Assembly: GCA_964035545.1 (NCBI GenBank)
Contig: OZ037765.1
Location: 9,186,698 to 9,250,697, forward strand
Length of the DNA stretch: 64,000 nucleotides
Direction: 5' to 3'
Source of the DNA: Bugula neritina
Lineage: Eukaryota; Animalia; Bryozoa
The notes under the pieces are model-generated. The model did not search any database. It was not told the origin of the DNA and worked only from the letters and a program-made list of their open reading frames with translations. The position numbers and the translations under genes are program-made. This document shows, in pieces, positions 47,761 to 61,254 of this stretch; within the stretch, counting starts at the first letter, position 1, and each line of letters begins with the position of its first letter.

Positions 47761-50700
47761 AGCTGCCTGCAAATGTAGCTCTACAGAACAGATGGCAACA
47801 ATACACATAATATGTGATCTCTGCAATAAGAGGTGCCAAGATACAACTAAACATGCATGAGTTTACTTAGGTCTCTAAACAGAATGAGTACGATGACAAT
47901 GATCTGCAATAATTTTTCATTGTTGTCAAAAGAGATTTCTATTCTAAAAAATTGAACTATTATGTCAGCAAATTTTTTATAACTCACTGCCAAGTCATGA
48001 GCGGAGCATTTTAAGTCTAGTAGTGGTAATTGCTGATGAGTATATACCCAGTGTTACTATTAGAGTTGTGACAGCTGTATGTAGTACTACTTCTCTTGAT
48101 ATTGAATAAAAAATATGAGCTTTATTTAGCTTTATTGAAGGTTGTAAAATTATGAATGCAATGATTATTGTAATTGCAAATTGTGTTCTATCTTATGTAA
48201 TTTGCATTTTGAATGGTTTCATTCATATTGCTTATTTTAAATAGTTGTACTCAAAAAGTTATTATAACAGTCAAATTTTAAATATGACTAGGGGTAGCAT
48301 GGTTGTAGGTTTTTTACCTTTTAGTAGTTAGTTGTGGGATAATGCATGGTATTCTCAACCCTTTAACAACTAAACATGTCGATCATAATGGTGGTTAAGT
48401 TGCAACTTCAAAATATTTGTTTAAAAAATTTTGTGATAAAATATGCACTAATTTCTATTAAATTCACAAGCTTAATTTATATGATCCCAAAACATGCTTA
48501 TGTGTCATCCCAACTAAAACTCAATTGTTAACCCTGGCCTTATTAATGCTCAGCACAAAAGTCTAATAAAGAGTTGCTTACTCATACTAGCCACTTGATT
48601 AAGTAGACAACTCTTCAATGTTCTAAACATTTACCAGTGCATGAATGGTAGCCTATACATTTGTAACAGTTTCACTAATGCGACACCAAAAATTATTGAA
48701 ATATACTTTGGTTAATCCATATTTTACTTCTTTAACATGTTTAAAATATTTTCTAATCAAACAGCATTGTGGTGGTATAAAATAAAAATAGCGCCGTACT
48801 TTCTTTTAACATCAATTTAAATATTTCAATTATATTTCTTGTTCTAAACTATTTTTAAATGACTCTCTTGCTATTATTGTTACTTGCTAACTTGTTTTTT
48901 AGTTGTACTTTCTAATTCAAAAAGTACATGCAAACATTTGTGATGTTCATAGAATAAAAAACCATTACCCAGTAAGCTATGGGATAGTTTGCTATAGTTT
49001 ATATATTATTAAATTAAAACTTTGAAACTGCTTCTATAACACAAGTGTCAATATTTTAATTTTTTCTTCTGAAGAAAGCTTTTATTAAAAATTGAGTTTT
49101 ACTAAACCTAATTATTACTATATCATAATTATATTATGATGTAGTTGATAATATATAAATATAGTTATAAATACATGTCTGAAACTTGAGTTGACCTTGT
49201 AAATTGAGCATATGTGTATTGGTTAGATTTTTTTAATTGGCAGCTAAACTAACAGTACTAGTGCACTAAAATAATTATATCACAATTCAACAAAACTGGC
49301 TGCAAGTAATTTTGATGTCTCACATTTGAATTACCTGTAATTTTTCTGTCTGCTAAGTAGTCTGCAATTATGTTCTCATGAGCATTGTCTGTAATAATGA
49401 TAATTGCTTGTAATAATATTTAATGTTATTTCATCATATCACCACTTGTCCGACTTCTGGTATAAAAGCTCATTTATTCATAGCATGCACATGTATAACA
49501 TGCACCACACTGTTTTTTAAGTTAAATCTTTTCAAACAAAACATGCAATAAAAGGTTAAATGAGGTATTTTATTAATACTAGTTTCATGTAATGAGAACT
49601 CTTTAGATTAAATAAGTTTATAGTGGTTTTAAAATAAAATTGTTTAATGTATCATGCTGGAAATTGCTTAATAAAGGGCACTAATAAAATTAAATCTTTT
49701 TGCTACAAAATTCTATTGCGAGCTTTTAATTTATTTAATTCACCACTACCAAAAATTATAACATATATAATATAATATTTGTGCTTGCCTGTAATTAGTG
49801 ATAATTTTCTGCAGTTTATCATAAAGTCAGAGCATAAATATTAGAATAACATAATGACCTCAAATGGGGTTTCTTTTAAATTACCCTAAACCCACCTAAT
49901 GAGTACTTAAAATTTAAAAAAAGTTTCCTTTGAGCATTAAAGAATTTTCTACTAAATGTTTAAACTGTAAACAAAGTTCTTCAGCTAATTAATAGATACA
50001 TTAGATATAGAACAATGAGCTTTAGAAGTGACTAGCTACGTTATGTTTCAGTAACCCAGCATGGTGGTGCATGGTGCATCACTCACTCCATATACATTTA
50101 TAAAAAAAGGCCTGGGTTCTTATGCTAAGTTGCTAGCGTGCAATAATACATCACTAGTATATTCTAAATGTTGTTTTTGGCTGAGTAAAAGGGTAAACTT
50201 TGGCAGTAGCCATATGCAATGTGCGTAGTGTAACTACATATCCGCGTTACTAGCATATATTATGGAGATGTGTATATAGTATAATCTATACATTTCACAC
50301 AGAGTCCTAAAATTATTTAGCCAAAACTTGGTTAAATGTTTATATTGACAAAATTTTCCAAAAGTCTTTATTTAGTATAATTATGCACTGTTTCACCTTT
50401 CTTTCACCTTGGTTTTGTGAATCGTGCTATATAGAAGAAATGTTTCCTCATTTCTTTCCAGCAGCATTCTGCAGCTAGTTTGATCTGTGAGCTTCAGCCA
50501 TGCAGGGGTTTAACCTGCACCAAACATGTATTGTGTCTGATCATTTATGGCTTTTCCATGATTTTTTTTTTTTAATTTTTATTTTTATGATATATGTTTG
50601 TTATATGTAACACATGTGCACATACTGTGTAAGCTTAGAATTGTACAAAATGTTGAAGTTGATATACACAATTTCATTAGTGTTACCAGCAATGTATATC

Positions 50701-52086
50701 TATGCACAATAATTATACCTACTTGGAGCATCAATTATGTTAGTGTGGCTTTCCCTTTATTGCTATTGTTTATAAATTATGTCAAGAACTGTATTTTCAT
50801 GTCGGTCTATTATGTGTATAGTTTTAGTGTGCTCCATCCATTTAAAGGTACAAATTGGCTATTACAGTTGTCCTTTAATTGACTGTTCGTTGCTAATGAA
50901 ACTACCTAGAATCTAGATGTTTCTCTGCTATATGCATCCATGTAATAATAAATTCCTTGTTCTAATTTATTGTAGAGTGCCTCTGGCCGAACAGCAAATT
51001 GTTATTTATTTAACCTTTTTGTGAGCGCAGTTATATTTCAATCAATATTGAAATGAGACGAGAGTTTTCTACTTGTGCAGGTGGCTACCAACTTTCTTTT
51101 CTAGTGGAAGACCCGCAAATGACTGAAAAGCTGTATAGCAATAGCCTGTCAGGGAAAAGTAATTAATTTATATTTTATTTTATAAAAACTGGACCTTAAA
51201 ACACTAAAGGTTTGCTAAAGTCTAAATAATTAATGTGTAACCTACTGACTATAATACACAATATCAAAATTGTTAGATTCTTTAAAAGACACAACAAAAT
51301 AATTTATGTTTTAAATTTTAGAACTTGTGGTATCACTTTTAGTCCACCTATTCATGGCGTGACACCAATGAAAGGAAGCCAAGTTGCTATGTTAATACAC
51401 AAATGTGAATGTGACTTTGTAGAATGAAAGTTGAGCCCAAATCATCAAACCCCTGGAGACTTGATAAAATATGGTATTCTTGGTACTAAAGTAACAAATC
51501 TAGACTCTTTTTACCAAGTATAAGAAACGTATAAATTGTGTATTACCAAATGAGTAATAACAGCAGGTAACTAAGTCATGTACATGTATTTTTAGTGCTA
51601 TAATTGCTAGTTGTAGGTCACAGTGTGTTTCGTAGCATTGCTCTTATTTGTTAGTAAAACGCCAATTTTGAATATGCCATTTTGATTATCAAAATTGCTG
51701 CACTAGAGAAATGTGTTGCTTTTCGTCGTGCCACAATATTTTACACAATATATTCGTTTGTAAGAAATGTTAATTAAGTTTTCTTAGACAGTTGAGTCAA
51801 TGTTATTTAGTCTATATCACGTAATTGATTATAGGTCTAAGAATTTCACGCTACGAATGTCTTTGTTTTGTCCAGGATCTTTCGTATTGCTTAGGTCATT
51901 GCAAAATATTCATGCTCTATAAAGTTAAAGATTACTCTTTTGGGATTTGCAATGTTGAACAAAAAGTGACATGCAACAAATGCTCATACTCATTACTGTT
52001 TATTCTTCAGTATCGGCTCAACGCATAAAATCAACCTTATATTTAATGTCAAGCAGCAGTCAATTATTTGTTTAAAACTGGTGAAG

Positions 52087-55000
52087 ATGGCCTGCTGTAT
52101 GTGTGTAGAGTGTTCCAGTCTGGAAACTGACAGCTGTTATACACTCTATGATGGAGAGGGGAAGTTACACATGTTGCCTTATGCTTCTAGATCAACTTCC
52201 AGTTCTGGGTAAATAATATATATTTTGCAACATTTTGTAAATTATTATGTTATATGTATGCATGCAATAATAGAAGGATCTGGATTATTAGCTAAACCAG
52301 TTAGCCGTTGCTTTGCTGATGATTTTTTTAGTCTATTATAGAATATTTAACTTTTTTCAATTTTAGGCATACCTACACTTAAAAAAGTTATTATTGTTAT
52401 TCCACATAGTAATACATTTTTACTTCATCACAATAAGCTAATGTTGCTGCTTCTCCTCAAAACATTAATGGAAAACATGGCTACACTTTTATTGCGTTTT
52501 TGCAGGTCAGTAACTTGATGGTATTGTTATAAAGCTATGAGAAGGTGTTTATGACTGTAAAATTTAGGTTTTATTGGTTTCTACCTAATAACTGTTGTCA
52601 GTTTAGGCAAATCATGTATTTACTAGAATTGTGGCTAAGAACATATGCATGAGTTAAAATAATGAAGCAAGATGCTTGTTTCCATTAGTTTGTATTTTTT
52701 CATGTATGTAGTCTATGTTAATGCTTACTAATGCTCTTGAATGTGAACTCTATACTATTGTAAAACATGCTGTGCTCATTGCTAATGTTGAAAAAAAATG
52801 TTTTTACAAAGAAACATTTATCTGCCCACGCAACTAATCTCATAACCAAGCAGTTACCAAGCTTCTGATGAGTTTACATACGGTTTTTCTAAACCCAATC
52901 AAATTTCAGTTATTGGCAGTTGTGGAGAATTTTATTTTGACAAATGTTTCTCCAATCAACGGATAGTCTGGACATTAGTGACTGCAGTATAGTTGTGATT
53001 ACCTTTCTTCAGTCAAGCTCTACCACACTCATGCAATTAGTTTTCTATGATCAATATTGTCATCTGGGTGTACACCATCAACTAATTAACAGAATACGCT
53101 ATTACTTCTAATTTACTTCTTGGAGTTGATTAAACATAAATGTTGAAGTAATAACCTGGTATAGATGCCCTTTGGCTACTTGTTTGAGGTGTTACTTTTG
53201 TCGTAGCTTGCATCTTCTGAAGTTTTGCCATTTTTATTCATAGACTTTCAACTCACTGGTGTCTTGTTAAAGCTATGGAGAACGGAAAGGGCTCGCCCAC
53301 TTCTGATGGCACAGTCGCTCTGGTAACCACATACAACATCGCCAAAGTAAATTAACTTTTAGTACTTCAACTAATTAAACTTACTAAGCGTTTTATGAAA
53401 TGTTAAAAGTTTTTTTATATACGTTACATGTGGTAAATAATATTTTGTCTATCGAACTTTTTAGAGTATTTTGCTGTTGAGCCTCTAAGAAACACTTACT
53501 GTTGTTCACATGGTTGTTGCATGTTTCCGTTACATTTGATTAATTTTGATACTATTATAGTGGTTTATTTATGCAACCTAAATTTAACAAAAGCTGCAAA
53601 AGTTGCAACTTTATTGCACAGTATATGACTTCCATAGTTATTATTTTATACATCACAGATTGTTATAAAACACATTTTATAACTCAATGAATTCATAGCA
53701 ATTAGATACTTCATTACAAACTATTGTCATTTATAAATTTGACATTGATAACATTATGCGTTAGCTATTTCATAAAAAGGCATATTATAGTTTCAATTTA
53801 CTGTAAAAATGCCATAATTTTACAGTAGTATTACTTCATTTATTTGAGATATTATAGAATCAAAGGAAGGCTGTTTTAATTGTATTGATAATCCTAATGG
53901 ATTATAAGGGTTAGAGTTTATTGAATGTCATTTGCTGGAAGTAACTCGTTATCTAATTGCAAAAGCCAAGGAACGTTGAATTCTTGATTACATGCCTGTT
54001 TTAGGAAGTCAAAGAATTACATCGAATATGAAAAGTTAATGAGATTATGCAATTAAGTTGCTGCTTTATATTTGTTATACTGAGTTATATAACATAAAAT
54101 AATGTGGCAAGTGAAACTTTTGTGAAATTGTCAAAGGATTTTAAAGATATTGAACTAAATTAGCTTAATTTCCGGAACTTTTTTGCTGAAACAATAGAAG
54201 TTTACCTATATCTATTCTTTCTGTGTAAAAAAATTGGAATAGGCCTGCTAGAACTGTACTCGACCACATTATAATCGTTCACATTCACTGTAATTGCATC
54301 AATGAAGGACATTGCAAAGGAGTAATTCCCAAATTGCCCTTACTTCCTGGATTATTAGTAACCTGGTCGAAGGTGACAAATAATGTCTTTTTCAAGGTGA
54401 CCTCTAGTTTGCAAAAAATTATATATATGCACGTTCCAATAATACTAGCTTGGTTTAACTTTATTGAATTCTTTCATTTGATATAATTGATAGTTGAGAT
54501 ATATTTAATGCAAAAGTGCATGGATATTATAATTTTTGGTTGCAAATTTGAGATCGACAATAGAAATGTGTTACATAACACATTGTGCATAACTTCTATT
54601 GATAGGTTGTTTTATATATTTCTGAATGTAACTGAGATAATAACTTGAACTAGTTTAAAAACTATACATTTTTAAACCATTTTTATTTTTTTCCAAATTA
54701 TAATCTGTTTTAATTTGAATAGCTAAAAATTGAAAATGCTGATTAAATGTAAAGTTACATAAATTTTTGGATAGCTCAGTTAAAAAACAGTTTATTGGCG
54801 TTTAGTTATAATATCGCATACACTAACATCTTTCTATATCTCTATATAAATGAACTAATATCAATTGTGCACACTTCGCGGTTTTATAGCTATTAAAAAG
54901 TTTAATATAATTGGTCTATCATAAATAAAAATACACATTGGTTTATAAAACTGTGGGTTTCTTATATCTTATGGTGTGAATGTATAAGACAAGCAATTTT

Positions 55001-58000
55001 CTATTAGATATCTAAGCTTTAATTTCGGGTTCAAAAAACAAGTGATTAGAATAGGTCACTTTTGAAAATGCCAAATTTTATACGAATGTCTGCACTGTGC
55101 CTGTGTCTCAAAACGTGCCAACATTATACTGTACAGCATAGCTATAGCCAGTAGCTATCTCACCATCCCAGATATTTCAGAAGTCCTCGTTGCTGCAAAT
55201 ATAAAGTCAATTCTTGAAAAAAAATGCTTTGTTTGATATATGGCAGTGTGGCGATGCAGTAATTCTTTTTCTATGGAATTCCTGGTAGGCTATGGTAGTG
55301 GAAACCGCATCAGCTGATTGCTTTTTCTCACCTTTCTCTGGTTTGTCCTGTTCAGGTAGCGAGTTGCTATGTAGGATATAAAATAAAGAGTAGAGTCTTC
55401 TGAATAAGTAAAGGTGCACCTATCTTTGATGTAGGGGGTTGAAACTCGGTGCAAGGCTGACCCAGTAGCTCCTCCCACTCAAGAGAATAGAGAAGATCGA
55501 CAGACTTGGGGAAAGAGTTTTGAATTCTTACTCTCAGTTATTGGATTTGCTGTGGACTTGGGCAATGTGTGGAGATTTCCTTATGTTTGTTACGATAACG
55601 GCGGAGGTAAGTGTGGGGTCCTTCTTTGTCTATAATTCTATTCATATCCTTTGTCGAATTCATGAAGTAACATTGCTGCAGTGCCCTGAGGAGTTGACTG
55701 CACTGGAATATCATGTGCACAAGCCGAGTGCTGCCCAACTTGCAAGGCATTTATCTATTCAATTCTACACAACTTCCACTGTACTAGCTTGTCTTTAAAC
55801 TAAGAATTATCATCCTATTCTCTATGTGCAGCCAAGTTTAAAGATGAGGTAAAACTTGCAAAACTAACACCTCTGGTAAAATTTCTGTTCAACATTATTT
55901 TCTAAAGATACACTGTGGTTATGTTGTTAGGGAAAAGTGAAATCTTTTACTACAGTGATTATTTATATAGCCAATGTATCAACAAACCATTGACTATAGT
56001 CTGATGTAAGTATGTGTTGATATTTGATGTTAACCTGCATTGTACATTATACATGCATACTGATGGCATGTAATATGTCTCCCATACTATGCATTTATAT
56101 CTCTACAACTGCTTTACATGCATCAGTGTTGAAATCAGTAATGCAACAGGCGATTATAACCTTACTAATACTAATGTACATATAGATACATAATAGATTA
56201 TGTTCTTTTATACCTCATTATATAAAAACAGTTATTTTTCTATGGTTTTAGGGGCCTTTCTCATACCATATGCAATTATGTATTTGTTGGGAGGACTTCC
56301 ATTGTTCTATCTTGAGTTAGCCCTAGGTCAATACCAAAGAGTTGGCTGCATATCTGTGTGGAGACGGATATGCCCAATATTTCAAGGTAAGATCTTCTGC
56401 TACCTATATTACGTTTAAGATATTGGCTAAGTTTGTAGGTGTATATAGATAATATCAGCTCATACTGAATATTATATTATAGTGATTTGTGATTTTAATA
56501 TATTTATTAAAAGTATTGACCTGCCAATTTGTTGACATTTATAACTATTATACTTAATGCTTGTAACATCACTCATTATAAGTTCTATAATCTATGTAAT
56601 ATGTAATTAGGTAAATTCTTGATCACTGAGGCATTCTATGCACTTACACAGAAATTTATTTTTACCTTATGTTTACTTGTAATAGCGTATACATTGTTGT
56701 ACAACTGCCAATCATCATTTTAAGTTATCTTTCCTCGTTATCGGTATTTCATAATTAATATTATTTTCAGTTTTATAAGATGTGCTTGCTGTATTATAGT
56801 TATGTTTTCTTACAGGAATTGGATACGGAATCTGTATAATATCCTTCTATGTGTCTATATATTACAACACGGTCATAGCTTGGGCTCTCTATTACCTCAT
56901 TTCATCATTCAAACGGGTCTTGCCGTGGAAAACGTGTGACAACCCTTGGAATACTGATGATTGCTTGGAACTGGGCAGCGGAAACTATTCTTTTAAAAAT
57001 GGCCAACTTGGCAACTTCTCTTCTGGAGCGCAAGAATTTTTCAAGTATGTTTCTTTACCTGCACGAATAAATTGACTCAAAACTTTAAGTTTTAATATAA
57101 TTATTTCTTTAATATCTCCTACATTGCTCAGTTTTAGTTTTTAGTAAAAAAACATCAGCAGCTTAACTCAAACTTTTCAACAGTCTCGTATTCATTTCTA
57201 TTTATAGCCTTCACACAACCACCTATAATACATGTTCAATTTCACGTTCTGCCAACTTGTTGTGTCGATTTATAAATGTTGTTGGTTGAGCTCAGACTCA
57301 TCTTTTTCAGTCGAAAGGTACTGGAAATCCAGTTTTCTGGTGGCTTGGGAGACCTGGGCACAGTGAGATGGCCGATTGCCTTGTGTCTTTTCTGCGTGTT
57401 CTTCATTGTTTACTTTGCTCTCTGGAAAGGCATCAAGAGTTCAGGCAAGGTAAAGGGAAGGTGGGACAAGGTCCTTGTATCAATATGGTACCGGGATTTT
57501 GTTATTAGCTTTTTTAGAGAAATGAGCAATGATTGCAGCAACTTTTAGACTGCATCACATTTGTAACTGACTATAAACACTTGCAACTGCCAAAAATAAT
57601 AGTTAATACATCATTTAGTAATTTAGTGACAGTTATTCAGTTTGCTACAGCTTGGGAAATGTAAGTTACAACAGAGCTATTTATATTTGAATACAAATTC
57701 ACTTTCAATTAGCCTTATTTCCTACTTTGCTGGCATTTGTTTTACTATAATGATGCTGACTGCTATTTTAGTCATATTTTCATGTAGAATTTATGAGGTT
57801 TGTGTTATGCTGATTGCAGGCAGTCTGGGTGACGGCCATCTTCCCATATATAGTTCTCATTATACTGCTGGTTAGAGGAGTCACTCTGCAAGGTGCTAGC
57901 CGAGGGATCAGCTTCTATCTAACGCCGAAATGGGATAAACTAACTGACTACAATGTTAGCAGCTATTCTTTTATCGCAATTTAACAACAATTAATATATT

Positions 58001-59824
58001 GTTAAAAACTTTAATATACCAACTTTTTTTTTAATTTTGCATAATTCAAAAAAGTTTGATAATTCTAGTACCTTTTCAATTAAGTTGCTACAAGCAATCA
58101 ATGAGAGGGAAGGTTCAATTTAGTTGGAATCTAAAAGTTATATTGGATGTTGTGTTGACCACCATGCGACTGACTGCAAGATATGCTGTTGAGAAATATA
58201 CTTCAACAGTTCATATGGTAAAATGTTTGAGTGGGACAGGTTACAAGCTCAACAATGCCTATTAAAAATGGTGATCACCTATCAGAAGTGGTGATAAATC
58301 TACATCTTGTCATCTGGTCAATCATGTCTTTAATAAAGAACATTTCCTGGTTACAATATATACTGTCATAAAACTACCATTTCACTTTACCTCAACATTA
58401 ATTTATGGTGTTTTAGATGACTTGTGATATGATTTATTCAAAATGTTTGAAAGTCTGTAAAGGAAACAATTCAAAGTGCTAGTCTAGTTACTTGCTCATT
58501 TATTCAATCTTATATTTTTCTTTTTAGTTTAGGCTTTAGTTATTTAGCAATTTGGATTAAATTTATAGGGTATTGAACACCTTCAGTCGAAATACACAGA
58601 AGCACAATGCACTTGCTAATAACTAGTTAATAACTTGTTTAAATTACAGGTTTGGAATGCTGCTGCTGCCCAAGTGTTTTTCTCGCTAGGCCCAGGATTC
58701 GGTGTGCTGTTGGCTCTATCTAGCTACAATAAGTTTCACAACAACTGCTATAGAGATGCACTTATTACCAGCTCTATTAACTGCTTGACTAGCTTACTTG
58801 CTGGATTTGTAGTCTTTTCTGGCATCGGCTACATGGCTGACAAGCTGAACAAAGATGTGGAATCAGTTGCACAAGAAGGTAAAGAGTTACACAGAATATT
58901 AGACTCTGTAATCTACTTTAATATAATATGTAGGGTAGATAAATTACATTTAGGAGTTGCAATACCAATAAACTGTGATAATTTTATATTCTGCATCACT
59001 AAATGTGCTTTTTTAAGCTAGATGACATGATAACTCCTGAATGATGATCTCATGAAAAAGACTTGCATATGTAAAGTTAAAATTGTTGAATTGCATGAAT
59101 GTTTTTGTATGCAGCTGATTTGAAAAGCATATAACATTTCAAACTGAGAAACATATATTGTTCATAGAATTTTATTTTTGGATTTTGGTTATCAACTGAC
59201 TGATTTTATCGCAATTTTAATCCAGGGCCTGGATTGGTGTTTGAAGTTTACCCAGAAGTCATTGCTCAGTTACCTGGCAGCTCCTTCTTCGCTATTATAT
59301 TTTTCTTGATGCTCATCACCCTGGGACTGGACAGTACTGTAAGTAGTTTATATAACTCCACAGAACACAATTTTGACACTTGGTCTGGTTGAATGATAAT
59401 ATTTTAAAATACTATTATGCTTGTCACCATGAGTTCTCACACGTCAAAGACTTGTTGAAAATAAAATAAATAACTTCAGAAGTAATCTATAGAGACGGGC
59501 CCTGAGATGGCATCATCATATAAGTTATAAACTCACATAAGTTTCGTTTCCATCCCTGTGAAAACCCCTTATGGAAAGAACTTTTTAGACAGGCTAAAGA
59601 CTTGCTTTCTCTTTTGGCAAAGAGCAAATTTGACTGAATGCCCTTCCTGACATCACCAATGGCTTTCACTTGAATTCAAACCACTAATCTTGTGGTTACT
59701 AAGCCAGTACTCTAACCAATAGACCAAGGTTGCTTCTTTATATTAAGAACTTACTGTATACCAGAAGTAATATTATAATAAGAATATTCTAATTGTAGTA
59801 ATTACAAGAGTAACTTTACCTGTG

Positions 59825-59891
<67 letters not shown>

Positions 59892-61254
59892 TGACATAGT
59901 TAATGGAAGTACAGAAGTACGGAATTATCATCTGAATTATTTGTTACAGTTTGGGGGTTTAGAAGCTTTGATTACTGGTGTCTTGGATGAATTTAAAATC
60001 TTGAAGAAACGGCGTGAAGTGTTTGTTGCGGTACTCTTGTGCACCTGCTTCTTGGCATCGTTACCAACCACAACACATGGAGGCAAATACTTGGTTCAAC
60101 TGATTGACAGATTTGCAGCTCCCGTATCAATCTTGTTTATTGTGTTTCTAGAAGCTGTAGCTGTGAGCTGGTGCTATGGTAGGTTAAATTGAAATAATTT
60201 GTTTGCTTGCTTTGATTTTGAATTTTTTTCAGAATCGTATGTGTTCTGATGTATTACTATCTGCTTTTAGGATTTCTACGGTTTAGTCAGGACATAGAAA
60301 GAATGCTTGGATTTCAACCTGGCTATTTTTGGAAAGTATGTTGGGCTGGGATTAGCCCTGTTTTTTTACTGGTAAGTGTAAAATATCAACAGTACATATA
60401 AGTCACCCTCCAAATGAATTTTAGGGCAACAGATCTATCAAATCCAATACTTTTTAAATTTCTGTAATAACGCAATACTATTCGTGCATCTTTACTGGTG
60501 TTATTATTAGAATAATGTCAGAGACCATGTGGTTATTTTTAGATTCTCTTCTGTCTGTCTATATGGATGGAAACTAGAGACTCTGTAATTACTATTGGTG
60601 AAGATGTGTATCCTCGGTGGGCTACAACTGTTGGTTGGTTGATTATTTGTTCTTCACTTATCTGCATACCTGCCTGCGCTGTATTTCAACTCTACAAGGC
60701 AAAGGGAACTTTCTTACAGGTAGTTTTATGACATCTTAGATATGTTTATATATTCTAAATATCTTAAGCATCTGCATGCTGAATTAAATCATTTATTGTG
60801 TCAAGTTCTACTACAACCTTAAGATCTATTAAATATAGTTTATATAGCTATAACAGATAATTTACTTTTAAGGTGTCAATAATGTTCAAGTTCAAAAAGC
60901 TATCTGTTTAAACCGCAGGGACAAATTTCCACAACCCAAGTACATTACATTTTGCCTCTTACCAAAAACAATAATTTGTGATATTCATTGATTTTTTACA
61001 TGTTTAGATTGATGTTCTCTGGTACCCCTCTTCTCTTAATGATGTTGCAGCCATAAAACTCCTAATTCAACTCAAAAAAGCTATATCTCAATTTTTTTAT
61101 TTTTGTAAACTTTTATGGGAATTATCTTTCCTTGCAGAGAATTCGTACATGTATGACTCCACAAGAGAATCCTGTTATACCAGATGACGTAACTTCTATT
61201 GAGCCAAGAATTACTCATCCTACGTCAGCTGACCCCTCTGAATGCGATGTATAA
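52087..61254 (+). CDS. SLC6A4: Sodium-dependent serotonin transporter-like protein (SLC6 monoamine subfamily); about 666 aa from ATG 52087 or about 615 aa from ATG 53275
   Basis: Exons: 52087-52208 and 53244-53346 (both less certain), 55435-55606, 56252-56386, 56816-57044, 57311-57449, 57820-57954, 58650-58878, 59226-59338, 59950-60178, 60271-60371, 60543-60719, 61138-61254. Total 2001 nt, ending in TAA. TM1 [14 protein letters not shown] carries the amine-binding Asp and the SERT-type DLGN. Other motifs: [35 protein letters not shown] (SERT-type Pro) and LGLDSTFGGLE. Confidence 0.9.
59495..59734 (-). mobile_element. tRNA-derived SINE in a SERT intron, antisense to the host gene
   Basis: Minus strand shows an A box TGGTCTATTGG (59726-59716), an anticodon-like loop TTAGTAA and a B box GGTTTGAATTC (59682-59672) at tRNA spacing, followed by a non-tRNA body containing GTCAGGAAGGGCAT. 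The cloverleaf is degenerate and the 3' end is approximate. Confidence 0.7.
59827..59888. repeat. (AT)n microsatellite in a SERT intron
   Basis: Uninterrupted AT run, directly visible. Confidence 0.97.

Noticed and set aside
53799-53828. Short inverted repeat TACTGTAAAA/TTTTACAGTA
   Set aside because: Only 10 bp of AT-rich sequence with no other transposon hallmark.
59041-59118. ATGATGA ... CTGA pair resembling a C/D box snoRNA
   Set aside because: No terminal stem and no recognisable rRNA-complementary guide; such motifs are frequent by chance in AT-rich introns.
59660-59734. Functional tRNA-Thr gene
   Set aside because: The acceptor and anticodon stems do not pair and the B box is mutated; better explained as a SINE head.
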